From: a virus
Taxonomy: Duplodnaviria; Caudoviricetes
IMG/VR virus record: IMGVR_UViG_3300030106_005674
Span: 1 to 55,606 of that record
Reading direction: 5' to 3' (one strand)
Length of the DNA: 55,606 bases
Part shown: one piece after another, positions 53,590 to 55,606 of the stretch
Layout of the letters: each line of letters begins with the position of its first letter
Position numbering within the stretch: the stretch's first letter is position 1
Program-made: the position numbers and the translations under genes
Notes under the pieces: model-generated
The model's input: the letters and a program-made list of their open reading frames with translations, nothing else
Database searches by the model: none
What the model was told of the DNA's origin: nothing

Positions 53590-54468
53590 TTAGCCGCTTT
53601 CGCCGCCGCCAGGGATGTATGTTGGGTTGAGACCATCGCGCGCTGCACTGAGCCGATACCAGATCTTCCAGGTAGCTTCAGGGTTCTCACCGTTTGAAAG
53701 ACCTGTAGTTGCAGCATAAGTACTACCAACAAATAGATACAGATTATCGGAGCCTGTGTATTCGTGATCCTGAAGGTTAGGCTGGATAGCATCATCGCCG
53801 TTATTTGTGATTCTGTTGTTGGCATCCAAGCACAAAGAGTAGGTGTGCATGGTGTGTGGGTTGCCGTCCGCATCAGTGCCATCGATCGGCGCTGAGATTA
53901 CGCCATATACTTTCTTACAATCGATCATGTGGTCGTTACTGATCCCGCCTGTACCGCCGATTATGCTTTTCAAACCAGTACCGTCAGCCAGGCTGGGAAA
54001 CTGATGCGTTGCTGCTTGGCCCACCCACTTAATACTACTTGTGGCGTTTGTTATGCCATTCCCGCCAATACCAACCATCACCCCATGGTAGTCGCGTACC
54101 ACCCCGGTGTTACCATTGTTTGCAAGTCTTGCGGTACATTCGATCAAGATTTCCATGCTGAAGAAATCAGCCCACGTAAGTGTTTGACCGTCTGGACCAA
54201 TCAATGGCTTATGCCACCGAACTGACCCCTGATTAGTAGCAGTCCATCTATACGACGAATTGTTCTTGTCCTTGTCCACAGCAAAGCGGAACCCGGATGT
54301 CGACGTAGAAGAAGATACAAGTGTGCTGTTGGGGTCATACACCGTCCATGAACCATCAGATGGGTCGACGCTGACCCACTTACTGATACCCTGCGGAACA
54401 CGCTGCTCAGTGTTGCCCAACGCTTGGTCTCTGGCAATCGGTCCTGGTACTCGTGTACGCTTACTCAT
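53590..54468 (-). CDS. Beta-rich protein, possible receptor-binding/lectin-like domain
   Basis: Thr/Gly/Asn/Trp-rich; lies in the fibre cluster. Confidence 0.45.
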   Translation of the reverse strand: MSKRTRVPGPIARDQALGNTEQRVPQGISKWVSVDPSDGSWTVYDPNSTLVSSSTSTSGFRFAVDKDKNNSSYRWTATNQGSVRWHKPLIGPDGQTLTWADFFSMEILIECTARLANNGNTGVVRDYHGVMVGIGGNGITNATSSIKWVGQAATHQFPSLADGTGLKSIIGGTGGISNDHMIDCKKVYGVISAPIDGTDADGNPHTMHTYSLCLDANNRITNNGDDAIQPNLQDHEYTGSDNLYLFVGSTYAATTGLSNGENPEATWKIWYRLSAARDGLNPTYIPGGGESG

Positions 54469-54830
54469 TAGCTAATATCGATTCGGTTAACAAAACCGTG
54501 GCAAGTAATCTTATTACCGGTTCCTGCGAATGCCTTAACTTCGAGCCCTGCCCTGAGGATAAGTCCTGGCACCACCAAGACCGTTGTCTGTGCCGGGATT
54601 TTCGCAAGAATGTGGTCATCAGGACTGTCGGAACCACCGAACTCGATTGTGAGAAGGATCTGTGATGTATCAATATTTGTGGCGTAGATAAAGATTTCGT
54701 CTATGTCAGCATTGCTGCCACCAGTTGTTGCCGTATGAAGCGTGACCGCAGCGCCTGAGTTCGCTCCAGTTACTTCTACGCCTCGACCGTTCGTAGATCC
54801 GCTGAGGATCTCCTTTGCTATTGTTGGCAT
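54468..54830 (-). CDS. Small beta-rich virion-type protein
   Basis: 'IYATNID...IPAQ...VVPGLIL...GFVNRI'; size and pattern similar to the paralogue array. Confidence 0.6.
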   Translation of the reverse strand: MPTIAKEILSGSTNGRGVEVTGANSGAAVTLHTATTGGSNADIDEIFIYATNIDTSQILLTIEFGGSDSPDDHILAKIPAQTTVLVVPGLILRAGLEVKAFAGTGNKITCHGFVNRIDIS

Positions 54831-54839
54831 GATTAAATC

Positions 54840-55493
54840 CTACGAAAAAACTTGGGTGTGAAGAATAAGGTTTAGGTCGTCGGCTGCAGTGCCGCCACCG
54901 CCTGGTGCCTGCCAAGAGATGTCGGTGCCGTCACTGGTGAGCACTGTGTTTGCGTTTCCTGGTGAGAGCTTAGCCGTTTCGGCACTCGCGTTTCCGTAGA
55001 TAATCTGCCCACGGGCGAGGTCTTCGATCTTGGCTACAGTGACTGCATCGTCAGCAATAGCGTTTGTACCCACAGCATCGAGAACGAAGTCGAGTGTTCC
55101 GTCGCTGTCCTCGTAGCTGACCGTGATTCCGGTCTCGGTGTTAGAGCCTACCATCGCTCCGACAACATCTTGAATCACTTCAGATGAAACCGCTGTAGCT
55201 GTGCCCGATGTAATCTGGATGTCGTTACCGGCATCAGTGGTGAAGTACAACTCGTTTGGAGTAGCTGTCTTTACCCACAATTGTCCATACGCAGCAGTGT
55301 CTCCGTCTGCACTGGCCTGCTCCTTGAGAGTAACTGGACCTTCTACGGTAAGACGGGTTCTTGGAGTGGCTGTACCAACACCCAGCCGGTCGTTGGTCTC
55401 ATCCACCACAACCGTGGTTCCGTCTACTTGGAGATCGGAAAAGACTACTGTCCCTGTGGACGAATTATTGGTGCGTGGTGCTTTAAGGCCCAT
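54840..55493 (-). CDS. Tail-fibre-like protein
   Basis: 'DRLGVGTATP', 'IADDAVTVAKI' and 'VLTSDGTDISW' fibre repeat motifs. Confidence 0.7.
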   Translation of the reverse strand: MGLKAPRTNNSSTGTVVFSDLQVDGTTVVVDETNDRLGVGTATPRTRLTVEGPVTLKEQASADGDTAAYGQLWVKTATPNELYFTTDAGNDIQITSGTATAVSSEVIQDVVGAMVGSNTETGITVSYEDSDGTLDFVLDAVGTNAIADDAVTVAKIEDLARGQIIYGNASAETAKLSPGNANTVLTSDGTDISWQAPGGGGTAADDLNLILHTQVFS

Positions 55494-55495
55494 GT

Positions 55496-55606
55496 CTACT
55501 CCATACTAAAGATGAGGTCTACTTCTGCATCGTTGTCTACACCGGCATCAAAAGCGGGGACAAGGTACAGCTTGAACGCGCTGTCAGACCACATGGGCAG
55601 ACCCGG
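55496..55606 (-). CDS. Partial CDS (3' end; probably continues the gene at 1-260)
   Basis: Open frame ...PGLPMWSDSAFKLYLVPAFDAGVDNDAEVDLIFSME*, with GGAG serving as RBS for the next gene. Confidence 0.7.
   Translation of the reverse strand, partial: PGLPMWSDSAFKLYLVPAFDAGVDNDAEVDLIFSME

Larger units (their letters stand above)
1..55606. mobile_element. Near-complete dsDNA tailed phage genome (podovirus-like, probably lytic)
   Basis: Terminase, portal, capsid, tail, lysis and replication modules lie in two divergent arms. No host housekeeping genes and no integrase are visible. The two ends appear to be halves of one gene. Confidence 0.93.

Overview
The window looks like a nearly complete ~55.6 kb genome of a short-tailed (podovirus-like) dsDNA bacteriophage, linearised inside a late gene. 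A minus-strand late arm runs from 28541 to 1 and continues from 55606 to 49945. It carries terminase, portal, scaffold, major capsid and cement genes, a head-tail adaptor, a nozzle, three tail proteins, three cysteine-free ejection-type proteins (the largest 2535 aa), a tail-fibre-like gene, a tandem array of small beta-rich paralogues and a lysis cassette. A plus-strand early/replication arm (29240-49678) carries small hairpin-separated early genes, a MoxR AAA+/VWA-metallopeptidase module, a primase-helicase, a SF2 helicase, a DenV-like glycosylase, a Cas4-like nuclease, an HNH nuclease, a Sak4-like ATPase, an SSB, a UDG-PolA fusion and an ABC/SMC-like ATPase. No integrase, canonical tRNA or CRISPR array was seen. 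The most striking unexplained signal is a ~230 nt intergenic array between ssb and polA: two perfect H-type pseudoknots plus two long-stem elements, three of the four ending in CCA. Second is a pair of non-coding control regions with shared but shuffled motifs that bracket the AAA/VWA module. All functional calls come from motifs and synteny read by eye; no searches were run.
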